A stretch of 37,498 bases of DNA. Origin: an uncultured bacterium (GTDB lineage Bacteria > Desulfobacterota > WTBG01). The DNA lies in assembly GCA_965363405.1 (NCBI GenBank), contig CBDTTR010000002.1:1-37498 (forward strand), written 5' to 3'. The position numbers were made by a program, and so were the translations under genes. Each line of letters begins with the position of its first letter. Position 1 is the stretch's first letter. Below the pieces are notes generated by a model. It was not told the origin of the DNA. It worked only from the letters and a program-made list of their open reading frames with translations, and ran no database searches. This document shows, in pieces, positions 1 through 9,768 of the stretch.

Positions 1-2
1 TT

Positions 3-716
3 TCAACGAGTGGTGGTAACATCGGAATAGGTTTTGCCACCCCTATAAATTTAGCGAAAAATGTTGTTAAGCAACTTAAGGAAAAGGGCAAAGTGGTTAG
101 AGGATGGTTGGGTGTGGTTGTGCAGACCGTAACTCCTGAGCTTGCCGATTCTTTTGGTTTAAAGGATCGAAAAGGGGCACTTGTTGCTGATGTAGAAGAA
201 GGTGCACCTGCTGATGAAGCTGGAATTAAAAAAGGAGATATTATAATTGCTTTTGATGGGAAAGAGATTGAGGAGATGAGTGAGCTCCCTCTTGTTGTGG
301 CGCAGACGCAGATAGGAAAAAAAGTAGATGTTACTATTTTGAGAAATGGCAAGGAACTTACTAAAAAAGCAATGATAGGAGAATTGAAGGAAGATGAAGC
401 TTATGCATTATCCGGTGCAAAGAGTCGAACAGACATAGGAATGGAAGTGAACGAGTTGACCCGCGAGCTTGCGAGAAAATATGGAATTTCGGAAACGAAG
501 GGTGTATTAGTAACCTATGTAGAAAATGATAGTCCAGCAGAACGAGCAGGCATCAGGGAAGGCGATATTATTATTGAGGTCAACCGTGAAGCTGTGAAAA
601 ACCTGGATGAATATTATAAAGCTACAAAACAAGCCAAAAAGGGTGACAAGATACTCTTTTGGATTAAGAGAGGAAGAAGTTCGCAATTTGTAGTTGTTCA
701 ATTGGAAGAAGAGTAA
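3..716 (+). CDS. htrA: HtrA/DegP-family serine endoprotease, C-terminal portion (5' end outside window)
   Basis: The frame is open from base 3 (STSGGNIGIGFATPINLAKNVVKQLKEKGKVVRGWLGV...), which is the end of the trypsin-like domain. Two PDZ-type segments follow (GALVADVEEGAPADEAGIKKGDIIIAFDG; GVLVTYVENDSPAERAGIREGDIIIEVN). The track start at 93 is an internal GTG. Confidence 0.85.
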   Translation, partial: STSGGNIGIGFATPINLAKNVVKQLKEKGKVVRGWLGVVVQTVTPELADSFGLKDRKGALVADVEEGAPADEAGIKKGDIIIAFDGKEIEEMSELPLVVAQTQIGKKVDVTILRNGKELTKKAMIGELKEDEAYALSGAKSRTDIGMEVNELTRELARKYGISETKGVLVTYVENDSPAERAGIREGDIIIEVNREAVKNLDEYYKATKQAKKGDKILFWIKRGRSSQFVVVQLEEE

Positions 717-1192
717 ATAGTTGGACGGTTTTTCTGCTGTCAGTTTGGCCTGATGACTGCTTAATGTGAAAACACAATAATCCGCTAACCTGTGCTTTAT
801 AAATGAGGCATCAATAGATAACTTCAAAATATCTTCAGCTGCAATAAATTATAGAAATTCCGAGACTTTCTGATTGTAAGAAAAACGAACAGAGATCTTC
901 CTACCATTATAATGCCTTTTACGTAAGTGCTTTTCACATTACATATTCCCGCAGATAAATGAATTTGCAATTTGTAATAGTAGGATCATTAAACCCAGAA
1001 TTTGCAGTAGCCATCTACTGCAGCTTGAAAATCCTTGCTGTAACGCTTGTTTCACGATTTTGCTCCTCAACATATCTATGGATATGCCTTCGTTGTAAAA
1101 TCGCTCCAACTGCACGTTTCGCTACGGTTTTCTACGCCTCGCTACGACGCCTACTGCAAAATATGGGTTAAAGAGATTCGTAACAAAACAGC

Positions 1193-1912
1193 ATGAATTG
1201 GAACATATTAAAGAGATGGGAAAATATGGGTCGAAAGGGGAGTACTGATAAAGAAGAAAGAGATTGGGAACAGGAACGGTTTCAGATGGTGGAAGGTCAG
1301 TTGAAGAGCAGGGGAATATCAGATGAACGTGTACTTCATGCTATGAGTAAAGTTCCCAGACATCGCTTCATACCACAGGATAGAATAGGTTCAGCATATG
1401 CGGATGGACCAATACCCATAGGAGAAGGTCAAACTGTATCTCAACCTTATATGGTTGGGATTATGACTCAATATCTGGAATTGAAAGGTGAGGAAAGGGT
1501 CTTGGAAATAGGAACGGGTTCAGCATATCAATCAGCAGTTCTGATGGAGTTAGTAAAGAAGTTGTATACTATTGAAAGAATCCCCGAATTAGCAGAGAGG
1601 GCGAAAAAAAAGTTATTAGAATTAGGTTATAATCGATTTGATATTAAAGTTGCTGACGGAACGAAAGGATGGCTGGAGGAAGCACCATATGACGGAATCA
1701 TTGTTACAGCTGGAGCTCCTGAAGTCCCAGACACTTTAGTCGACCAATTGAATGAGGGGGGGAGGCTGGTAATACCTGTGGGTTCGCGATTCTCACAAAG
1801 GCTCTGTAAATGTGTGAAGAAATTGGGCAAATGCATAAAAGAAGAAGATATTATGTGTGTTTTTGTTCCCCTCATTGGAGAGCACGGTTGGAAAAACAAT
1901 ACATTTAATTAA
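1193..1912 (+). CDS. pcm: protein-L-isoaspartate O-methyltransferase
   Basis: Motifs VPRHRFIP, GQTVSQPYMVGIMTQYLEL, the SAM-binding VLEIGTGSAYQSAVL, GGRLVIPVG and a C-terminal VFVPL. The start is ambiguous (ATG 1193 or ATG 1226). Confidence 0.9.
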   Translation: MNWNILKRWENMGRKGSTDKEERDWEQERFQMVEGQLKSRGISDERVLHAMSKVPRHRFIPQDRIGSAYADGPIPIGEGQTVSQPYMVGIMTQYLELKGEERVLEIGTGSAYQSAVLMELVKKLYTIERIPELAERAKKKLLELGYNRFDIKVADGTKGWLEEAPYDGIIVTAGAPEVPDTLVDQLNEGGRLVIPVGSRFSQRLCKCVKKLGKCIKEEDIMCVFVPLIGEHGWKNNTFN

Positions 1913-1924
1913 TGTTGAAGCTAA

Positions 1925-3973
<2,049 letters not shown>

Positions 3974-3989
3974 AACCAATGCTTCAATT

Positions 3990-4790
3990 TCAGTTGATTG
4001 TATCTAAAAATGTGTACACGATCTCAGGATCAAGTTGGTTGCCAGAAGAATTTTTCAATTCTTCACAGGCCTGTTCTTTAGAAATCGCATTTCGATAAGA
4101 AAGATCTGAAGTTAGATAATCATAGGTTTCTGATACTGAAATAATCTTTGCAGATAATGGAATATCATCACCAGCCAGACCGCCTGGGTACCCTTTGCCG
4201 TCATATCTCTCATGATGGTGGAGAATAGGTGGTATAGTACTTTTAAGAAATTCAACGTTTTCTAAAATTTGCCCACCTATCTCTGGATGTTTTTTCACCA
4301 TGAAAAGTTCCTGGTCCGTAAGTCTTCCAGGCTTCCCCAGTATGTATTCACTGATTCCAATCTTGCCTACGTCATGTAAAAGTGCAGCGAGTTCTAGATT
4401 CCTCTTTTCCGCAGAAGCCAACCCTAATTTATCAGCTATTGCCTTGCTGTAATCTGCAACTCTTTGTGAATGGCCCGATGCAATTGCATCTCTTGAATCA
4501 AGTGCTTTTATAATAACCTTCAAAGTTGAAGTATAGGAGTTTAGTAAATCTTTATAAACCTGGTATAATTCTTCCCTTCCGAGTCTTCCTTCGTCACCAG
4601 GAAGATCCTCTAAAAATCCAATTTCTTTAAGATCTGATCTGCGAATGCGGTGATGGCCGCCAGGAGTTTTAAGCGCCTTCAGCTTTCCTGAATATATATA
4701 ATTCTTTATAGTTTGGGTAGTTACTTTGAGTAAATCCGCAGCTTCCCTAGTCTTTAGTATCTCCTTCTGGATAAAAGGGGCTCTTTTCAT
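3990..4790 (-). CDS. excisionase/MerR-type HTH fused to an HD-GYP domain (putative DNA-binding c-di-GMP phosphodiesterase)
   Basis: The N-terminus REAADLLKVTTQTIKNYIYSGKLKALKTPGGHHRIRRSDL matches the excisionase-family HTH pattern. The C-terminus carries HD-GYP motifs (HSQRVADYS, LLHDVGKIG, HHHERYDGKGYPGGL). I prefer ATG 4790 (MKRAPF...), which is preceded by GGGAGA. The track start at 4898 adds an implausible AT-rich leader. Confidence 0.8.
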   Translation of the reverse strand: MKRAPFIQKEILKTREAADLLKVTTQTIKNYIYSGKLKALKTPGGHHRIRRSDLKEIGFLEDLPGDEGRLGREELYQVYKDLLNSYTSTLKVIIKALDSRDAIASGHSQRVADYSKAIADKLGLASAEKRNLELAALLHDVGKIGISEYILGKPGRLTDQELFMVKKHPEIGGQILENVEFLKSTIPPILHHHERYDGKGYPGGLAGDDIPLSAKIISVSETYDYLTSDLSYRNAISKEQACEELKNSSGNQLDPEIVYTFLDTIN

Positions 4791-4898
4791 TCTCTTTCTC
4801 CCATAATAAAATAAGTTTATAATGTTATAATAAACACAAAAGCAATAAAAAAGCAAGTTCTTTTTGTGTTTTTTTTGAAATATTTTATAATTTGTCAC

Positions 4899-4916
4899 TT
4901 AGCAAATATTTGCTAA
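4899..4916. promoter_or_regulatory. 18-bp perfect palindrome TTAGCAAATATTTGCTAA, candidate operator upstream of the HTH-HD-GYP gene
   Basis: Read directly: ttagcaaat/atttgctaa is self-complementary. It lies 109-126 nt upstream of the preferred start codon at 4790. The palindrome is certain; the operator role is inferred. Confidence 0.35.
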
Positions 4917-5368
4917 AAAAGGGAGGAATATTATTATGATAACGTTAAGTTGCTTTTTTGTAATTTCATAATTTACGTCTAACCGATTTTTAAACTGAAC
5001 AAAGACATTGATTCTATGTTTCAGGAAGAACCTATTCTAAAGAACACGATGAATATCAATAATACGGTTAAATATCAAAACTTTAAAACACCAAAGTTGT
5101 GAATTTCCTTATAACACACATTAAACAAGAAGAAAATAGGAAAAATTCTGATTTTTTAGATTATAATTGGTGATCTTAATAGTAAAATGTTATAGATTGA
5201 TATGAGTTGTCTATTTATATAATTTTTTATGATAGTGTCGATTTGTCATCATTAAAATAAATAATCCTTATTATTACAGTTAGTTAGATGCTTTTTTTGC
5301 ACCTTAAAAACAAAGCATCTATTTGGTGGATGGAATCAAGAATTGTATAGGCAGTTTTATTGAAAGCA

Positions 5369-5851
5369 CTAGCGTTCATCCAGTGAGATGATGCAACTTT
5401 CAATTCTTTTCAAAATATTTTCATAATGGCTTCCTTTCCAAAATACTCTCTTGCAATATGGGCATATAGAAAACATTTTTTCCGTGTTAGCTATATAATC
5501 TGGTACTCTATCCTTTGCAAGTTCAGCAGATATCTCTTTTAGTCTTTGGTTGCAGATAAGACAAAGAGTGAAAACTTTATGGGACTGGATTTTAATTCCA
5601 TAATGTTCTTTCACTTCTTGTAATTGTTTTATGGGATTATTCTCGCTGATAAAGAATAACTGATTTTTAATATCTTTGCGGTTCCTGAGACTGGTTTTGC
5701 GAGTAAGTATCTGGCGGTTTTCCTTGATGGCTAATTCTACTAGCTTGTCATCTTCTGCATCACGGTAATAGAGAGTATCAAAGCCAATAATCCTAAGCAA
5801 TTTAGATAGCTTCCCTAACATTGCATCTGCTAAAAATATGATTTCTTTCAT
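5369..5851 (-). CDS. Mut7-C (DUF82) PIN-like RNase domain protein with C-terminal zinc ribbon
   Basis: FLADAMLGKLSKLLRIIGFDT...ILTR...CLICN...CPYCKRVFWKGSHY matches the Mut7-C family pattern. I prefer ATG 5851 (MKEIIF...), which removes the overlap with tldD. Confidence 0.7.
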   Translation of the reverse strand: MKEIIFLADAMLGKLSKLLRIIGFDTLYYRDAEDDKLVELAIKENRQILTRKTSLRNRKDIKNQLFFISENNPIKQLQEVKEHYGIKIQSHKVFTLCLICNQRLKEISAELAKDRVPDYIANTEKMFSICPYCKRVFWKGSHYENILKRIESCIISLDER

Positions 5852-5972
5852 GCGAATACCATTAAGAATATTCCTTGGCGGTGATGCGATGGTTTTGCCT
5901 TGATAAATTCTATGGGAAATGATAAATTCTGTCAACTTTCTTAATCCTTTGTAAACGAATGATGAAATAACG

Positions 5973-7355
5973 ATGCTGGACAATATTGATATACCTGAGA
6001 TATTAAAGGTTTCATTAAAAAACGGTGGAGATTTTGCTGATGTCTTCTACGAGTTTGTTCAGCCTACATCTATTATTTGTGAAGATGGGAAGATTGAGAA
6101 AATTATTTCTGGTGTAGATGTGGGTGTTGGAATAAGGGTTATTTATAATAATAAAACAGCATATGCCTATACCAATCAGATTACAAATGAAGGGCTTTTT
6201 GAAGTGGCGGATGCAGTCAGCTGTGCCTGTCAGGGGGAAGCATTTGATGAAGACTTTAGTTTGTTAAAAAAGAACCCGGTGAACAATCATAGTATTAAGA
6301 AGTTGCCACAGGAGGTAAGCATTGATGAGAAAGTTTCACTGGTTAAAAGGGCTAATGATGTAGCTAGATCTTGGGATGAAAGGATAAAACAGGTCAAAGT
6401 TGTTTACAGAGATTCGGTGTGTAGAGTGGCTATTGCCAACACGAAGGGTGATCTTATTTACGATCATCGCACAGGCATTGTATTCTTAGTACAGGTTGTT
6501 GCTGCCCAGGATGATGTTATTCAGACTGGCTATGAACCTATTGGAGGATTTGTTGGCTTGGAGTTATTCGAGGAGCATCCACCTGAAAAAATAGCTGAGA
6601 TAGCAAGTATTAGGGCAATAAAAATGCTTCAGGCAAGGAGAGCCCCGGGGGGAAGCATGCCGGTAGTGTTATCAAGTGAGGCAGGTGGAACTATGATTCA
6701 CGAGGCAATAGGACATGGGTTAGAAGCGGATCTGGTTCAAACGGGCCTATCCGTTTACACAGGGCGAATTGGGGAAGAGATAGCTTCACCCCTGGTTAGC
6801 GTGATTGATGATGCTACTCTGGCTAATAAGAGAGGTTCTTATAGCTTTGATGACGAAGGAGTGAGAGCTCAGAGAACGGTTCTTGTTGAAAAGGGTGTAT
6901 TAAAAGGCTATCTCTATGATCGCCTTACTGCTATGAAAGACAAAACAGAATCAACCGGAAATGGGAGGAGAGAATCCTATCATAGCAGGCCAATTCCACG
7001 TATGAGTAATACATTTATTCTATCCGGGAAGACGTCTCCTGAAGAGATTGTGCGTTCTACATCCCGCGGACTCTTCGTAAAGAGAATGGGAGGTGGGCAG
7101 GTGAATACAGTTAATGGTGACTTTGTCTTTGAAGTAAGTGAAGGATATCTTATTGAAGATGGGGAGATCGGGGAAGCGGTGAGAGGTGCTACTCTTACCG
7201 GTAATGGACCAGCTATGTTAAAGACTATTGATATGGTAGGTAATGACCTTGGGTTTGGAATTGGCACCTGTGGAAAAGACGGCCAGGGGGTACCTGTTTC
7301 TGATGCTCAACCCACCTTAAGAATACCTGAGATTGTTGTAGGAGGAGAGGTTTAA
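5973..7355 (+). CDS. tldD: TldD-family metalloprotease
   Basis: 460 aa with the HEAIGHGLEAD metal-binding motif, GNGRRESY and the conserved C-terminal GGQV...G.F. There is no pmbA/tldE partner next to it. Confidence 0.9.
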   Translation: MLDNIDIPEILKVSLKNGGDFADVFYEFVQPTSIICEDGKIEKIISGVDVGVGIRVIYNNKTAYAYTNQITNEGLFEVADAVSCACQGEAFDEDFSLLKKNPVNNHSIKKLPQEVSIDEKVSLVKRANDVARSWDERIKQVKVVYRDSVCRVAIANTKGDLIYDHRTGIVFLVQVVAAQDDVIQTGYEPIGGFVGLELFEEHPPEKIAEIASIRAIKMLQARRAPGGSMPVVLSSEAGGTMIHEAIGHGLEADLVQTGLSVYTGRIGEEIASPLVSVIDDATLANKRGSYSFDDEGVRAQRTVLVEKGVLKGYLYDRLTAMKDKTESTGNGRRESYHSRPIPRMSNTFILSGKTSPEEIVRSTSRGLFVKRMGGGQVNTVNGDFVFEVSEGYLIEDGEIGEAVRGATLTGNGPAMLKTIDMVGNDLGFGIGTCGKDGQGVPVSDAQPTLRIPEIVVGGEV

Positions 7356-7385
7356 CTTCAAACTTACCCTTGCCCATCATTTTCA

Positions 7386-7480
7386 CCCCGTTAAATGATA
7401 TCTTTTAAATGTCTATAGACTTTGAAACAACCTGGAAGATATAGCAAAGTATTTTCCTGTGAAGAACTCATTTAACGGGG
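7386..7480. repeat. 13-bp perfect inverted repeat (CCCCGTTAAATGA / TCATTTAACGGGG) enclosing a second 7-bp pairing; long hairpin between convergent tldD and rsmA
   Basis: The arms are at 7386-7398 and 7468-7480. The inner arms atatctt (7398-7404) and aagatat (7436-7442) also pair. There is no U-tract on either strand. Confidence 0.6.
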
Positions 7481-7497
7481 CAGGCTGTTCCGATTGC

Positions 7498-8394
7498 TTA
7501 TGAGGAGCTTAAACTGAGTTCAGTACATAGTAAGTTAAATTCACTTATGGTTAAAGTTTCTGGCCTTCTTCTAGGATCAATCACAGACCGCTCCATGGCT
7601 TGCAGTATCTTTTGTTTATCTCGGTTGAGGTAGTTTGCTCCTTTCATACTGTTCAAAAAAGTTTTTCTACGTTTAGAAAAAGAAGCTCTCACCAGTTTTT
7701 CAAATAGTTGTTCGTCTTTTACTTCCACTAGAGGCGTATCCCTTATAGTAAATTCTACAACTTCAGAATCCACCTTTGGAGGCGGATAAAAACAATCCTT
7801 TGTAACGGTCAATTTTTTCGAAACATCGAAGTAGAGCTGTGAAAAAATGCTAAGAGTACCGTAGCTCCTGGTTCCTGGTTGGGCAATAATCCTGTCAGCC
7901 ACTTCTTTTTGAATCATTATAAAGATGGTTTCAATAATGGATTTTAACCCTAGAAGCTTGAAGATCAAAGGACTCGTCATGTAGTAAGGCAGGTTACCAA
8001 TAATCTTAAGTTTGCTTCTATGTTTAGTGAAAACCTCTTCGTAATTAAAGTTTAGGGCATCTGCTCTGATGATTTCTGTCTTTTTATTTGTAATGATTTT
8101 TTGAAGTATGGCGGCAAGTGTTGTGTCATATTCAAGCCCGATAATTTTAGCTCCACTTCCAGCAAGTGAGAGAGTGAGTATCCCCAGCCCTGAACCGATT
8201 TCAATTACAATATCGCAACTTGTAATATTAGCCAGGCGGACAATTTCTTCAGCTATAAATTGTTTAAAGAGAAAAGTCTGTCCCAATCTTTTCTTCGGCC
8301 GTATTCTATGCCTTTTTAAAAGAGAGAGCAGCTTATTAAGTTCCTGATCTTCGTAATGTTTTTTATATTTCCTTCTTTTTTCACGCACAATCAT
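7498..8394 (-). CDS. rsmA: 16S rRNA (adenine1518/1519-N6)-dimethyltransferase
   Basis: LGQTFL, the SAM-binding VIEIGSGLGILT, GNLPYY, and a KsgA-type C-terminal domain. Confidence 0.9.
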   Translation of the reverse strand: MIVREKRRKYKKHYEDQELNKLLSLLKRHRIRPKKRLGQTFLFKQFIAEEIVRLANITSCDIVIEIGSGLGILTLSLAGSGAKIIGLEYDTTLAAILQKIITNKKTEIIRADALNFNYEEVFTKHRSKLKIIGNLPYYMTSPLIFKLLGLKSIIETIFIMIQKEVADRIIAQPGTRSYGTLSIFSQLYFDVSKKLTVTKDCFYPPPKVDSEVVEFTIRDTPLVEVKDEQLFEKLVRASFSKRRKTFLNSMKGANYLNRDKQKILQAMERSVIDPRRRPETLTISEFNLLCTELSLSSS

Positions 8395-8401
8395 ATAAAG
8401 C

Positions 8402-8884
8402 TTAGAACTTTTTAAATAATGGGATTAATCGCTCGTAGGCATTTTCAAGATGTTCTGGTACAACCACTGACTCTGCAAGAACAGGCATGAAATTGGTATC
8501 ACCACTCCATCTGGGAACAATATGAAAGTGGATATGATCTTTGACACCAGCCCCGGCAATTCTGCCTAAATTCATTCCAACATTGAAACCATCAGGCTTT
8601 ATTGCTTTTTTAAGTATGCTGACGGATTCTTTGATTATGAGAAAGAGGTCAAGTGATTCTGCTCTGGTAAGGCCGTCTAACGTATCGGTATGCTTTCTTG
8701 GAGCAACAAGAAGATGACAATTGGTATAAGGATACCTGTTAAGCATAACAAGAGAAAGCTCCCCATGATAGAGAATAAGTTTCTTTTTGCTGTGTTTTGC
8801 AGATAGATTGTGACAGAATATACATCCTTTGGATTCTTCTCCCAGGATATATTCCATCCTCCAAGGTGCCCAGAGTTGTTTCAT
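8402..8884 (-). CDS. HIT-family nucleotide hydrolase/transferase
   Basis: Histidine triad HIHFHIVPRW, and the N-terminal LWAPWRMEYI...CIFC typical of the Ap4A-phosphorylase-like HIT subgroup. Confidence 0.85.
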   Translation of the reverse strand: MKQLWAPWRMEYILGEESKGCIFCHNLSAKHSKKKLILYHGELSLVMLNRYPYTNCHLLVAPRKHTDTLDGLTRAESLDLFLIIKESVSILKKAIKPDGFNVGMNLGRIAGAGVKDHIHFHIVPRWSGDTNFMPVLAESVVVPEHLENAYERLIPLFKKF

Positions 8885-8901
8885 TGCAATCCTTTCAATG
8901 A

Positions 8902-9378
8902 TCAGATTGTTATGATTTGCGAAGAAATCTGATTACCTATATTTAAGATACCAATGGTATTCTTGGTGGCAAATCGTTTGTCTGTTGGAGAACCCGGATT
9001 AAAAAAATGCACACCACTTTTTGTAAAAGATGCTGCATTATGAGTATGGCCATAAACCAGGATATCGATGTCATCAAACTCTTTTAAAATGCGGTTTTCA
9101 ATCCCTGCAGGGGATCCCCATCCATGAATCAAACCAAGCTTATAACCTTCGATTTGTATAACCTGTTTTATTGGAGTACTCTGTTTTATTTCCCATGAAT
9201 CCATATTTCCAGCAACCAGTTTCACTTCTTTATCTGAAAAAAAGTCAAGAACGCTTAGTTCAACCACATCACCTGCATGGAGAATTATATCTACATCCTT
9301 GAAATGCTTTAGGATACGCTCACCAAGATGATCTGAAATATTATCAAGATGAGTGTCAGAAATTACGCCAATCTTCAT
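8902..9378 (-). CDS. YfcE/MJ0936-family metallophosphoesterase
   Basis: Motifs GVISDTH, HAGD, GNMD and GHTH. I prefer ATG 9378 (MKIGVISDTH). Confidence 0.8.
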   Translation of the reverse strand: MKIGVISDTHLDNISDHLGERILKHFKDVDIILHAGDVVELSVLDFFSDKEVKLVAGNMDSWEIKQSTPIKQVIQIEGYKLGLIHGWGSPAGIENRILKEFDDIDILVYGHTHNAASFTKSGVHFFNPGSPTDKRFATKNTIGILNIGNQISSQIITI

Positions 9379-9410
9379 GTTGTTCACTTGATGTTAACAA
9401 CCAGGGACGA

Positions 9411-9450
9411 GATACTGGATAATATATGCTGGATACTAGATACTGGATAC
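9411..9450. repeat. cluster of GATACTGGAT(AC) short repeats (left arm of an inverted pair)
   Basis: The sequence is gatactggat..ggatactagatactggatac. Its reverse complement recurs at 9671-9696. Confidence 0.7.
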
Positions 9451-9497
9451 GCTTTATATTTTCTACTTATCTACACTAATCAAGTTGTCTATTAATT

Positions 9498-9527
9498 CCT
9501 GGATCCCTGCTTTCGCAGGGATCCAGG
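9498..9527. repeat. 13-bp perfect stem hairpin CCTGGATCCCTGC-tttc-GCAGGGATCCAGG
   Basis: Read directly. It is a sequence variant of the gcaggaatccag hairpin family seen at 21035 and 31365. Confidence 0.75.
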
Positions 9528-9554
9528 CAAAGATGGAAACAATTGAAAAAACGT

Positions 9555-9605
9555 GTCTTTTCCGCCCCGTATCAAGTACGGGATAAACTCCAGCGGGAAT
9601 CCAGT
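9555..9605 (+). repeat. about 50-nt palindromic intergenic element, copy 1 (family A)
   Basis: gtcttttccgccccgtatcaagtacgggataaactccagcgggaatccag aligns along its whole length with 21035-21085. Most positions are identical and the orientation is the same. Confidence 0.8.
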
Positions 9606-9670
9606 ATTTTAATAATTTCGTCAGGGTGTTCAACTGTAAATTTCCGGATCATCAGATTGTATTTTATCAA

Positions 9671-9696
9671 GTATCTAGAAACCAGTATCCAGTATC
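9671..9696. repeat. GTATCCAGTATC short-repeat cluster (right arm, reverse complement of 9411-9450)
   Basis: The reverse complement of gtatctagaaaccagtatccagtatc is gatactggatactggtttctagatac. Confidence 0.7.
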
Positions 9697-9768
9697 GTTT
9701 TGATTACCACAAAACATCAAATTTTCGTAATGAATTGTTTGAAAAAAGGAAATTGTGGAGATTACAAA

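Noticed and set aside
959-1171. 70-aa plus-strand ORF upstream of pcm
   Set aside because: It has no SD, a Cys/Leu/Arg-rich composition unlike the other proteins here, and it spans hairpin and repeat DNA.
4791-4898. N-terminal extensions proposed by the ORF track for the HTH-HD-GYP gene. The same applies to 5852-5983 for Mut7-C and 34228-34263 for MNT.
   Set aside because: The extensions are AT-rich and low-complexity and lack an SD. They overlap promoter elements or the divergent tldD start. Internal ATGs with better context give canonical domain starts.
9411-9696. CRISPR-like appearance of short repeated GATACTGGAT units
   Set aside because: The units are only 10-12 nt, are directly abutting or irregularly spaced, have no unique spacers of 25-40 nt, and include inverted copies. 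No cas genes are present in the window.
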